From the NCBI GenBank assembly GCA_902783795.1, contig CACZSO010000363.1:1-27975 (forward strand): a stretch of 27,975 bases of DNA, given 5' to 3'. Positions 15,128-23,776 of the stretch are shown one piece after another. The notes beneath the pieces were generated by a model that made no database searches, was not told the origin of the DNA, and worked only from the letters and a program-made list of their open reading frames with translations. Source of the stretch: an uncultured Eubacteriales bacterium (GTDB taxonomy: Bacteria > Bacillota > Clostridia > Lachnospirales > Lachnospiraceae). A program made the position numbers and the translations under genes. Positions within the stretch are counted from its first letter, which is position 1. Each line of letters begins with the position of its first letter.

Positions 15128-16027
15128 TTACTTCTTATCATCCGAATATCCGAAGGTCCGTAAGAGCAGCTCATTATCCCGCCAGTCTTTTCTGACCTTT
15201 ACGAACAGTTTCAGATTCACCTGGTCTTCCACCAGCTTTTCTATATCTTTTCTGGCCTCGGTCCCTATTTTCTTAAGCATCTGGCCGTTTTTTCCGATAA
15301 TGATGCCTTTATGAGATTCTTTCTCGCAGATCACGGAGGCTTCTATGTCCCAAAGCCCGGTCTTCCGCTGGGACATCTTATCCATGACCACAGCGATCCC
15401 GTGAGGGATCTCATCCTTCAGCATCCGGAGGGCTTTTTCCCTGATGATCTCCGCTGCGATCTCCCTTAACGGCTGATCCGTCAATGTATCTTCGTCATAA
15501 TACAGCGGTCCTTCCGGCAGATACCGGAAGATAGCATTCATGACTTCGTCCACCCTTACGGAACGAAGGGCGGAAATACTGATCACTTCTTTAAATTCAC
15601 AAAGTTCCCTGAAGGCATCCTCTGTCTCAAGCACTTCATCCTTCTTAAAAAGGTCTGCTTTATTGATGATCAGGATCAGCGGCTTCTTTGAATCCATCAG
15701 TGCCTTAGCGATCTCATGTTCATTATTGCCTATGTATTCCTTCGGCTCCACCAGCCAAAGGATCACATCTGCATCGGAAACCGTCTTCAGCGCTTCCGAC
15801 ACCATGTATTCCCCCAGCTTGTTTTTTGCTTTGTGGATACCCGGTGTATCTAAAAAGATCACCTGGCCTCTGTTATCCGTATATACGGTCTGTATCCGGT
15901 TTCTGGTGGTCTGGGGTTTATTCGCGGTAATGGCGATCTTCTGCCCTATCAGATGATTCATCAGGGTGGATTTCCCCACATTCGGCCGCCCTACCAGGGA
16001 TACAAAGCCGGATCTAATTTTGCTCAC
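15128..16027 (-). CDS. era: GTPase Era
   Basis: GRPNVGKSTL, KPQTTRN, DTPGIH, NKAD, EIPHGIAV, KH-domain KGIIIGKNG; GTG start overlapping the upstream stop. Confidence 0.98.
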   Translation of the reverse strand: MSKIRSGFVSLVGRPNVGKSTLMNHLIGQKIAITANKPQTTRNRIQTVYTDNRGQVIFLDTPGIHKAKNKLGEYMVSEALKTVSDADVILWLVEPKEYIGNNEHEIAKALMDSKKPLILIINKADLFKKDEVLETEDAFRELCEFKEVISISALRSVRVDEVMNAIFRYLPEGPLYYDEDTLTDQPLREIAAEIIREKALRMLKDEIPHGIAVVMDKMSQRKTGLWDIEASVICEKESHKGIIIGKNGQMLKKIGTEARKDIEKLVEDQVNLKLFVKVRKDWRDNELLLRTFGYSDDKK

Positions 16028-17259
16028 TGCTGCTCCTTCTTCTTCATGCGGAGTATGTCATACATTTCAGGCATTACACTGAATCTCACATGAAGGATCT
16101 CACTTGCATGGCTTGCAGCCACCATTTCTTCGCCCCGGTCATTAAAGATATCCAGGACTTCTGTCTCTATATTCTCTCCGGAGGGCTTCATGATCTCTAT
16201 CACATCGCCCTTCTCGAATTTGTTTTTCTGTGTAAATACGGCACGTCCGGAAGCATCTGTTCCTGCAGTGCTGCCAATGTAGATATGGGTAGTCACATAC
16301 GTGGCGCCGTCATAGATCTGTTCATCTTTTCCGGGTTTTCCGAAGAAGAAGCCGGTGGTGAATTCCCGGTTCGTACACTTGCCAAGCTCTTCCTTATACC
16401 AGGGAAGCCGCGCCTCGTACTTTGCCGGATCTTCAAAAAGATCATCCAGCGCCAGACGGTAAGTCCTGGCGGCAGTCGCCACATAAAGGGCTGTCTTCAT
16501 ACGCCCTTCTATCTTAAGGGAATCTGTGCCGGTGGCGGCCAGTTCCTTCAAATGTTCGATCATATTCAGGTCTTTGGAGTTGAAAATAAAGGTTCCCCGT
16601 TCATTTTCAAACACCGGGAAATATTCTCCCGGCCGGGTCTCTTCCATGACACTGTATTTCCAGCGGCAGGGATGCGTGCACTCTCCCCTGTTGGCATCAC
16701 GCCCTGTCAGGTAATTAGACAGAAGGCACCGTCCCGAGTAGGAAATACACATGGCCCCATGGACAAAAGTCTCTATCTCCAGGTCTTCCGGAATATTGTC
16801 CCTGATATCTTTCAGTTCCTTAAGAGACAGTTCCCGGCCGGCCACCACCCGCTTTGCTCCTAAATCATGCCAGAAAGCAAACGTCTGGTAATTCGTATTA
16901 TTCGCCTGGGTAGAGATATGGATGTCAATGTCCGGGCAGACTTCTTTTGCTGTCATAAAGACACCGGGATCTGAGATGATCAGCGCATCCGGCTGTATCT
17001 CTTTCAAGGTCTCAAAATAAGTCCTCAGCCCCGGAAAATCTTCGTTATGCGCCAGGATATTGGCCGTTACGTAAACTTTCTTTCCCCGTTCATGGGCAAA
17101 GCGGATGCCTTCCTGCAGTTCTTCGTCTGAAGCATTCTTCGCACCTGCCCTTAAGCCATAGGCTTCCCCGCCGATATACACAGCATCTGCTCCATAGATC
17201 ACAGCTGTTTTTAATACTTCCACATTATTTGCGGGGACCAAAAGCTCCGGCTTCTTCAT
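16024..17259 (-). CDS. U32-family peptidase-like Fe-S protein (TrhP-like tRNA hydroxylation protein)
   Basis: PELLVPA, GADAVYIGG, HISTQAN, ETFVHGAMCISYSGRCLLS...NRGECTHPCR, DSLKIEGRMK, C-terminal beta domain. Confidence 0.9.
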   Translation of the reverse strand: MKKPELLVPANNVEVLKTAVIYGADAVYIGGEAYGLRAGAKNASDEELQEGIRFAHERGKKVYVTANILAHNEDFPGLRTYFETLKEIQPDALIISDPGVFMTAKEVCPDIDIHISTQANNTNYQTFAFWHDLGAKRVVAGRELSLKELKDIRDNIPEDLEIETFVHGAMCISYSGRCLLSNYLTGRDANRGECTHPCRWKYSVMEETRPGEYFPVFENERGTFIFNSKDLNMIEHLKELAATGTDSLKIEGRMKTALYVATAARTYRLALDDLFEDPAKYEARLPWYKEELGKCTNREFTTGFFFGKPGKDEQIYDGATYVTTHIYIGSTAGTDASGRAVFTQKNKFEKGDVIEIMKPSGENIETEVLDIFNDRGEEMVAASHASEILHVRFSVMPEMYDILRMKKKEQQ

Positions 17260-17286
17260 CTAACACTCCTGTTCTTTCAAGCAAAG

Positions 17287-17307
17287 GCCCGGATGCAAGA
17301 TCCGGGC
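17287..17307 (-). terminator. Possible weak terminator after the nitroreductase gene
   Basis: Stem GCCCGGAT-N5-ATCCGGGC followed on the minus strand only by CTTTG. Confidence 0.4.
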
Positions 17308-17331
17308 GCCCTGCTCTATCACTTATGATTT

Positions 17332-17859
17332 TCAGATAAAAGTGACATTCTTCTCTTCACTGTATTCATGCGGTTCTTTTGTTACCGCTTTATAACCTAC
17401 AGCGAAGGCTACCTGGTATACATTCCCTTCGGGGATCCCAAAAGCTTTGTTATAATATGCTTTCTTTTCACCGGTCATTACATCTTTGATGCAGCCTAAA
17501 ATGAGAGAACCCAGGCCAAGGCCTTCAGCAGCCAGTGCCATATTCTCTACCGCGATACCTGCATCCACAGCACTCCAGAAGAAGCCTTCGGGACCGCTTA
17601 AGATAATAAGATACGGGGCTTCATAGAAGAAATTATGCTCAGAGCTTCCGCCTCTGCCCTTTAACAGGTCTTCATGCAGCTCTTTAAGATACGGATTCGT
17701 CCCTTCGATCACAGAGAAATAGATCTCCTGGCGGTTAGCGGCTGTAGGAGCCTGCAGACCAGCTTTGATGACAGCTTCCAGTTCTTCTTTGGTGATCTTT
17801 TCCTCCTTATATCCTCTGGTGGAGCTTCTTTCTTCAATAGCTTTTAAAACGTCTTTCAT
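17332..17859 (-). CDS. Nitroreductase family flavoprotein
   Basis: IEERSSTRGY, APTAANRQ, DAGIAVENMALAAEGLGLGSLILG; SD AAGGAG. Confidence 0.92.
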   Translation of the reverse strand: MKDVLKAIEERSSTRGYKEEKITKEELEAVIKAGLQAPTAANRQEIYFSVIEGTNPYLKELHEDLLKGRGGSSEHNFFYEAPYLIILSGPEGFFWSAVDAGIAVENMALAAEGLGLGSLILGCIKDVMTGEKKAYYNKAFGIPEGNVYQVAFAVGYKAVTKEPHEYSEEKNVTFI

Positions 17860-17908
17860 GGTGTTACTCCTTTTTTATGTTTGTGGAACATGAATCAGCT
17901 ACAGTCAT

Positions 17909-17937
17909 ATTATATCAGAATTATCACCGGCAAACAA
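17909..17937 (-). promoter_or_regulatory. sigA-type promoter of the nitroreductase gene
   Basis: TTGTTT, 17-bp spacer, TGa-TATAAT (17914-17909). Confidence 0.65.
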
Positions 17938-17973
17938 GCCTTGATTTTTATGCCTCTCTCCTGCAACTACTGA

Positions 17974-18002
17974 TAGACAAGCATAGAAGAATACGGTATA
18001 AT
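17974..18002 (+). promoter_or_regulatory. sigA-type promoter of the AI-2E gene
   Basis: TAGACA (17974-17979), 17-bp spacer, TATAAT (17997-18002). Confidence 0.7.
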
Positions 18003-18034
18003 CCTAGACAGAAATGTTATCTAAGGAGGGCTCC

Positions 18035-19219
18035 ATGAAGCATAAACGTCTTAAGGATATGGAATGGTTTCCTTATGCGGTGGCAGCCTGCATAGCTGTG
18101 ATCCTGTATGTACTGCTTGCCCATCTTTCCAGTATTGTTAAATACATAAGGCATTTCATCAACTTTTTCCGTCCGGTCATCATCGGCGTTATCCTGGCCT
18201 ATGTGGTAAATCCCCTGGCGAATTTATTCAAGACCCGGGTATTCGGGCGGATAAAACGGGAAAAACTGAAGACTGTCCTGTCAAATCTGTCCGCCTTTCT
18301 GCTGGTGGTCTTGTTCCTGGTATTCATCCTGGCCCTGATGATCCCCCAGCTTATCGAAAGCATTAATCTTCTGGCGGATAATCTGGAGACCTATATGGAT
18401 TCCCTGATCGGGTTCTTCTCCCGCTTCGGCTTTTCCCTGGATTCGCTGAAAGTGGACTCCATCATCAGTTCTTCCGAGAACATGATAAACGGGATCATCT
18501 CCTATATCGAGGATAACCTTAGCACCATTCTTTCCACTTCTGTTTCCACTGCAAAAGAAGTGGCAGAATGGATCATCGCTTTCATCCTCTCCATTTATTT
18601 CCTTGCGGAAAAAGAGCACTTGAAAAGCGGTGTTTCCCACCTGTTTAAAGTTATCTTCGGAGAAAAAAAGTACGTTAGATCCGCGGCTTTTATCAAGCGC
18701 TGCGATGTGATCTGCAGCCGTTACATCGTCTATAATGTGCTGGACAGCCTGATCATCGGTGTGGTCAATGCTATTTTCATGAGCATAGCGGGCATGCAGT
18801 ACATAGGCCTGATCTCCTTTATCGTTGCTGTTTTTAACCTGATCCCTTCCTTCGGTCCCATCATCGGCGCAGCTTTAGGCGGTTTTATCCTTCTTATGGT
18901 GAAACCCTCGCATGCTTTGATCTTCCTGATCTTCACCCTGACCCTGCAGACAGTAGACGGTTATGTCTTAAAGCCTAAGCTTTTCGGCAACTCCTTAGGC
19001 ATTTCCGGCCTGTGGATCCTTATCGCCATCGTCGTAGGCGGAAGGATGTTCGGCCTCGCAGGCATCCTGCTGGCCATCCCTGCCATCGCTGTCATCGATA
19101 TTCTCTATCGTGAATACCTGATGCCCTGGCTGGAAAGAAGGAATGTATCAGATGGTTATGAAGATATCACAGAAGACCTGAGCGGTGATCCGCCGGAGGC
19201 CCCTCCGGAAGAGATCTAG
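18035..19219 (+). CDS. AI-2E family transporter
   Basis: Multiple TM helices, LAYVVNPLAN, FNLIPSFGPIIG, LQTVDGYVLKPKLFGNSLGIS, GILLAIP. Start ATG 18035 after AAGGAGG. Confidence 0.92.
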   Translation: MKHKRLKDMEWFPYAVAACIAVILYVLLAHLSSIVKYIRHFINFFRPVIIGVILAYVVNPLANLFKTRVFGRIKREKLKTVLSNLSAFLLVVLFLVFILALMIPQLIESINLLADNLETYMDSLIGFFSRFGFSLDSLKVDSIISSSENMINGIISYIEDNLSTILSTSVSTAKEVAEWIIAFILSIYFLAEKEHLKSGVSHLFKVIFGEKKYVRSAAFIKRCDVICSRYIVYNVLDSLIIGVVNAIFMSIAGMQYIGLISFIVAVFNLIPSFGPIIGAALGGFILLMVKPSHALIFLIFTLTLQTVDGYVLKPKLFGNSLGISGLWILIAIVVGGRMFGLAGILLAIPAIAVIDILYREYLMPWLERRNVSDGYEDITEDLSGDPPEAPPEEI

Positions 19220-19253
19220 CCATCCAAAAACCTTGACAGAACATTTTTATGTA

Positions 19254-19293
19254 AAAAACAGACGGCAGAAATCATACTCTGCCGTCTGTTTTT
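19254..19293. terminator. Bidirectional terminator between AI-2E and the tRNA pair
   Basis: AAAAACAGACGGCAGA-N8-TCTGCCGTCTGTTTTT. Confidence 0.9.
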
Positions 19294-19298
19294 AAGTC

Positions 19299-19369
19299 CA
19301 GGGGTAACAGGATTCGAACCCGTATTTACGGTTTTGGAGACCGTTGCTCTACCATTGAACTATACCCCT
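19299..19369 (-). tRNA. tRNA-Trp (CCA)
   Basis: AGGGGTA acceptor stem, anticodon arm ACGGT-CT-CCA-AA-ACCGT, T-arm ACGGG-TTCGAAT-CCTGT; 3' CCA not encoded. Confidence 0.96.
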
Positions 19370-19392
19370 ATCTGTCTGGTTTTTAAGAAAAG

Positions 19393-19466
19393 TCGAGGCG
19401 ACAGGATTTGAACCTGCGGCCTCTGCGTCCCGAACGCAGCGCTCTACCAAACTGAGCCACGCCTCG
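19393..19466 (-). tRNA. tRNA-Pro (CGG)
   Basis: CGAGGCG acceptor stem, anticodon arm CTGCG-TT-CGG-GA-CGCAG, T-arm GCAGG-TTCAAAT-CCTGT; 3' CCA not encoded. Confidence 0.96.
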
Positions 19467-19491
19467 ATGTCTTCTTAAAAGCACGTGAAAC

Positions 19492-19520
19492 AGTATATTA
19501 TAGTCATTCTCAAAAGTCAA
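19492..19520 (-). promoter_or_regulatory. Promoter of tRNA-Pro/tRNA-Trp
   Basis: TTGACT (19520-19515), 17-bp spacer, TATACT (19497-19492). Confidence 0.7.
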
Positions 19521-19564
19521 GCTTTATTTTGACTTATTTTGCCTGACAGCGTCCTGCCGCCTTA

Positions 19565-22500
19565 TCAGGCCTTTTTATACCAGAGCCGGACATTCTCTCT
19601 GCCCAGGATATATCCTGCCTGGATCGCGGCCTTTTCCGCGTCCACCGTACAGTTTTTGGGCAGGCGCTTTACCTGCTTCGTAGAAGAAAGATAGATGACC
19701 ACATCATCCTTCCCGTCCAGTTCCCGGATCTCGTTAAAGGCCTTTTCGAACTTATCATCATATTCAGCCTTATCCTTAAACTGGAACCATAATTCTTTCG
19801 GCACTTGCTCAAAAGGAGTGAGTTTTTCCGCTACAAGCTTTCCGGCAGGATCATCGCCGATGGAGACACGGCCGGCTATCAACACCTTCTGATCTTCCTC
19901 CAGATACATCCGGTACTTTTCATAATCTCTGGGGAACAGGATCACTTCCACGCTGCCGGAAAGGTCTTCCAATGTAATGAAGGCCATGAGCTGGTTTGTT
20001 TTCGTGGTCTTTACAGTCTTCTGGGTGATCATGCCGCCTATGGTGACCCGCTCGCCATCTGTCACCCTGGCTCTTCCCTCTTCTTCATCCACCAGGAAAT
20101 CGCTGGCATAGGCTGTCACATTTTTCTTAAGCAGATCCTCGTCTGCTTCCAGCGGATGGCCGGAAATATAGATGCCCAGCACTTCTTTTTCAAAGTATAA
20201 GAGCTCCCGTTTTTCAAACTCTCCCACCTGGGGATAAGGGGGCGCGAACTGCTTTCTTACATCATCCTGCAGCCCTTCCATGTTGAACAGGGAGAACTGG
20301 CCGGAGACCGTATCCTTCTTTTCATGCTCAGCCTGGTCCAGCAGTGTGGGATAATGCATCATCTGCTGCTTCCGGGTATAACCAAAGGAATCAAAAGCGC
20401 CGGATTTGATAAAGCTTTCCACCGTCTTTTTGTTCACTTCCCTGTTGGAAAGCCGGGACATAAAATCCTGAAGTGAGGTGTAATATCCATTCTGGTTCCG
20501 CTCCCTGACGATCTCCTGGACCACCGCCCTGCCGATGCCTTTGATGGCATTCAGCCCGTAGCGGATCTTGCCTTCATACACAGAGAACTCACCCCTTCCG
20601 GTATTGATATCCGGCGGGATCAGGGATATCTTCATCTGCCGGCAGACATTCACATAGGAGGCGATCTTATCCGAATTTTCCATAACGGACGTCATCAGCG
20701 CTGCCATGAATTCTTCCGGATAATAATACTTAAGCCAGGCTGTCTGATAAGCCACCACCGCATAGGCTGCCGCGTGGGATTTATTGAAGGCATAGGAAGC
20801 AAAAGCTGTCATTTCATCGAAGATCTTATCGGCGATCTTAGGATCGACGCCCCGGGCCGCACAGCCGGGCACTCCCTCTTCTGCATTACCGTACACGAAA
20901 TTCTGCCGCTCGGCATTCATCACATCGTGCTTCTTTTTTGACATGGCACGCCGCACCAGGTCCGCCCGTCCCAAGGTGTAGCCGGCCAGTTCCTGCACGA
21001 TCTGCATGACCTGCTCCTGGTAGACGATACACCCATAAGTGGGTTTCAGGATAGGTTCCAGTTCCGGCGTATCATAATGCACGGAAGAAGCATTCCGCTT
21101 ACCTTCCAGGTACTGGTCGATAAAGTCCATGGGACCCGGACGGTACAGGGAAATACCGGCGATGATATCCTCCATACTGTCCGGCTGGAGCCGTTTCATG
21201 AAGCTCCTCATGCCGGAAGATTCCAGCTGGAAGATACCGTCGCAATCGCCGGTGCCTATATAATGGTAGACCGCAGTATCATCAAAATCGATATGATCGA
21301 TGTCAATATCTTCGCCCCTGGATTCACGGATATTCTTCACCGCATCAGCGATCACCGTCAATGTCCTTAAGCCCAGGAAGTCCATTTTAAGAAGGCCCAG
21401 TTCTTCAATGGTAGTCATGGTGAACTGAGTAGTCAGCGGTGAGTCTGAAGCTGTCCTGGACAGGGGTACATATTCTGTCATAGGCTTTTCAGAGATCACC
21501 ACTCCGGCTGCATGCATGGAAGAATGGCGCGGGAGTCCCTCCAGCTTCTTTCCCATGTCGATGCAGCGTCTGGCCTGTTCATCGCCCTCATACAGCTCCC
21601 TTAGATCCGGGGATTCCCTCAGGGCTTTATCCAGCGTCATATTCAGTTCGTTAGGGACCGCCTTAGCCAGCCGGTCGCAGAAGGCATAGGAAAGATCCAG
21701 TGCCCGGCCCACATCTCTAAGAACACCTTTGGCCTGCAATGTTCCAAAGGTCACGATCTGTGCCACCTCGTCCCGGCCGTATTTCTCCACCACATAATCG
21801 ATGACTTCCGATCTTCTTTCGAAACAGAAATCCACATCGATATCCGGCATGGAGACACGCTCCGGATTCAGGAAACGCTCAAACAGCAGCTGGTAGCGGA
21901 TAGGGTCGATATTTGTGATCTCCAGGGAATACGCCACGATAGAACCTGCCCCGGATCCACGGCCCGGACCCACCGGTATGCCTTTGGAACGGGCATAATG
22001 GATGAAGTCCCAGACGATCAGGAAATAATCCACATATCCCATGGAACGAATGACAGAAAGCTCATACTTAAGCCGGTCCTCCAGCATCTTATCCGGCTCC
22101 GGATACCGTTTTAAAAAGCCCTCCCGGCAGAGTTTTTCCAGATATTCATAGGAGGTCATGCCTTCTGGTACTTCAAAATGGGGCAGTTTCGTAACGCCGA
22201 ATTCGATCTCCACCTGGCAGCGCTCCGCGATCAGGGCGGTATTATCACAGGCTTCCTTTGCATAAGGGAATAAAGCCCGCATTTCTTCTTCGGACTTCAG
22301 ATAAAACTCTTCTGTTTCAAACCGCATCCGGTTAGGATCGGACATTTTTTTCTGTGTCTGGATGCAGAGCAGCACTTCATGAGCTTCCGCATCCTCCTTG
22401 CGGATATAGTGGGTATCGTTGGTAGCCACCATGGGGATCCCGGTATCACGGTTAAGCCGCATCAGGCCGGTATTAACAGTCTTCTGCTCTTCGATCCCAT

Positions 22501-23032
22501 GATCCTGCAGCTCCAGGAAGAAATTATCCTCCCCGAAAATGTCCCGGTATTCCAGGGCAGAATCCCTGGCCTCTTCATACATGTTTTTCGCAAGATACCG
22601 CTGCACTTCACCTGCAAGACAGGCGCTCAAAGCGATGATCCCTTCATGATATTTCCTGAGGATCTCCTTATCCACCCGGGGCTTATAATAAAATCCGTCG
22701 ATGAATCCCTGGGAAACGATCTTCATGAGATTCTGGTAGCCGATATTATTCTCCGCCAGCAGGATGAGATGATGGTACCGGTCGTCCTGTGCATTGACCT
22801 CTCTGTCCAGCCGGGAACGGGGTGCCACATAGACTTCGCAGCCAATAACAGGCTTGATGCCTGCGGCAAGGCAAGCCCGGTAAAAATCTATGACACCGTA
22901 CATCACCCCATGGTCCGTAATGGCAAGAGAGGTAAACCCCAGCTCTTTCGCCCGGGCGGCCAGTTCTTTGATCTTGCAGGAACCATCCAGCAGACTGTAT
23001 TCTGTATGTACATGCAGATGGGTAAAAGCCAT
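19565..23032 (-). CDS. dnaE: DNA polymerase III alpha subunit (DnaE type)
   Basis: PHP motif HLHVHTEYSLLDG, GPGRGSGAGS, SMPDIDVDF, LLKMDFLGL, YAFNKSHAAAY, C-terminal OB fold. The 1155-aa length gives no sign of an intein. Confidence 0.98.
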   Translation of the reverse strand: MAFTHLHVHTEYSLLDGSCKIKELAARAKELGFTSLAITDHGVMYGVIDFYRACLAAGIKPVIGCEVYVAPRSRLDREVNAQDDRYHHLILLAENNIGYQNLMKIVSQGFIDGFYYKPRVDKEILRKYHEGIIALSACLAGEVQRYLAKNMYEEARDSALEYRDIFGEDNFFLELQDHGIEEQKTVNTGLMRLNRDTGIPMVATNDTHYIRKEDAEAHEVLLCIQTQKKMSDPNRMRFETEEFYLKSEEEMRALFPYAKEACDNTALIAERCQVEIEFGVTKLPHFEVPEGMTSYEYLEKLCREGFLKRYPEPDKMLEDRLKYELSVIRSMGYVDYFLIVWDFIHYARSKGIPVGPGRGSGAGSIVAYSLEITNIDPIRYQLLFERFLNPERVSMPDIDVDFCFERRSEVIDYVVEKYGRDEVAQIVTFGTLQAKGVLRDVGRALDLSYAFCDRLAKAVPNELNMTLDKALRESPDLRELYEGDEQARRCIDMGKKLEGLPRHSSMHAAGVVISEKPMTEYVPLSRTASDSPLTTQFTMTTIEELGLLKMDFLGLRTLTVIADAVKNIRESRGEDIDIDHIDFDDTAVYHYIGTGDCDGIFQLESSGMRSFMKRLQPDSMEDIIAGISLYRPGPMDFIDQYLEGKRNASSVHYDTPELEPILKPTYGCIVYQEQVMQIVQELAGYTLGRADLVRRAMSKKKHDVMNAERQNFVYGNAEEGVPGCAARGVDPKIADKIFDEMTAFASYAFNKSHAAAYAVVAYQTAWLKYYYPEEFMAALMTSVMENSDKIASYVNVCRQMKISLIPPDINTGRGEFSVYEGKIRYGLNAIKGIGRAVVQEIVRERNQNGYYTSLQDFMSRLSNREVNKKTVESFIKSGAFDSFGYTRKQQMMHYPTLLDQAEHEKKDTVSGQFSLFNMEGLQDDVRKQFAPPYPQVGEFEKRELLYFEKEVLGIYISGHPLEADEDLLKKNVTAYASDFLVDEEEGRARVTDGERVTIGGMITQKTVKTTKTNQLMAFITLEDLSGSVEVILFPRDYEKYRMYLEEDQKVLIAGRVSIGDDPAGKLVAEKLTPFEQVPKELWFQFKDKAEYDDKFEKAFNEIRELDGKDDVVIYLSSTKQVKRLPKNCTVDAEKAAIQAGYILGRENVRLWYKKA

Positions 23033-23060
23033 AAAACACCCTTTCTAACAGTGTGTATCC

Positions 23061-23711
23061 TTAAATATATTCCAGCAGTTCCGCCGGTGCCTTGATAAAA
23101 AAGACAGCCCCGGACTCTTCTTTTTCTTCTTCTGTATGCAGGCCGAACCCGTAAAGAGCTCCGGCAAAATCGATGCCTAGCTCCTTCGCGCCCAAGGCAT
23201 CATTCATGGTATCTCCCACCATAAGCACCCGGGAAAGATCCCTGATCCCGCATTTTTCAATGCAGTTTCTTATAATATCTGTCTTTGTCAGTTTCCCCAC
23301 AAAATCACAGCCTTCGATGGCATCCATGCGTTCCGTAAAATGGTAGGCTTCGGAGATCTTCTCTGCATAGTCGCAGCGTTTATATGTACCCGTCGCCACC
23401 TTGATCCCCCGGTCTCTCAATGCATCTATGGTCTCCAGGATCCCGTCATAATAGTCAGCTTTCAAAAGATTTACTTCACTGTAATGTGTCCGGAAATCAT
23501 TCGTTATCTCCCAGATCTTTTCTTCTGTCAGGTCAAACATCCTTCCGATCTGGACGTTAAAGGGAGGACCGATAAATACTTCAAGTTCCTTATCTGAAAG
23601 ATCCGCAAGGCCATATTTCCTAAGCGTATATCCGGCAGACCCGGTCACGCCTTCCTTCGTATTCATGAGTGTCCCGTCAAAGTCAAAAATCACCAGGTCA
23701 TAGCGGTTCAA
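23061..23711 (-). CDS. HAD-superfamily phosphatase (PGPase/5'-nucleotidase-like)
   Basis: Motif I FDFDGTL and motif IV MVGDTMNDALGA. Likely TTG start at 23711 after AGGAGG; the ORF track start at 23774 is the promoter -35. Confidence 0.9.
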   Translation of the reverse strand: MNRYDLVIFDFDGTLMNTKEGVTGSAGYTLRKYGLADLSDKELEVFIGPPFNVQIGRMFDLTEEKIWEITNDFRTHYSEVNLLKADYYDGILETIDALRDRGIKVATGTYKRCDYAEKISEAYHFTERMDAIEGCDFVGKLTKTDIIRNCIEKCGIRDLSRVLMVGDTMNDALGAKELGIDFAGALYGFGLHTEEEKEESGAVFFIKAPAELLEYI

Positions 23712-23745
23712 TCCCCTGTCCCTCCTGTTTATCTGTCCTGTCCTG

Positions 23746-23774
23746 ATTATAGCGGAAAACGGCCTTTTTTTCAA
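23746..23774 (-). promoter_or_regulatory. sigA-type promoter for HAD-dnaE
   Basis: TTGAAA (23774-23769), 17-bp spacer, TATAAT (23751-23746), immediately after the cobT stop. Confidence 0.75.
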
Positions 23775-23776
23775 TC

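Noticed and set aside
16090-16863. 257-aa plus-strand ORF
   Set aside because: Antisense to the well-supported U32 gene; no domain signature.
19233-19250. TTGACA followed by GAACATTTTTAT, resembling an SOS (LexA) promoter
   Set aside because: The second half-site does not match GTTC, there is no -10 at the proper spacing, and it points into a terminator.
19254-19520. tRNA locus as an integration site for a genomic island
   Set aside because: No integrase, no duplicated tRNA 3' end and no obvious compositional shift in the flanking genes.
19565-23032. Possible intein or split in dnaE
   Set aside because: Uninterrupted 1155-aa ORF of normal length with contiguous motifs.
22379-23095. 238-aa plus-strand ORF
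   Set aside because: Antisense shadow of the dnaE PHP domain.
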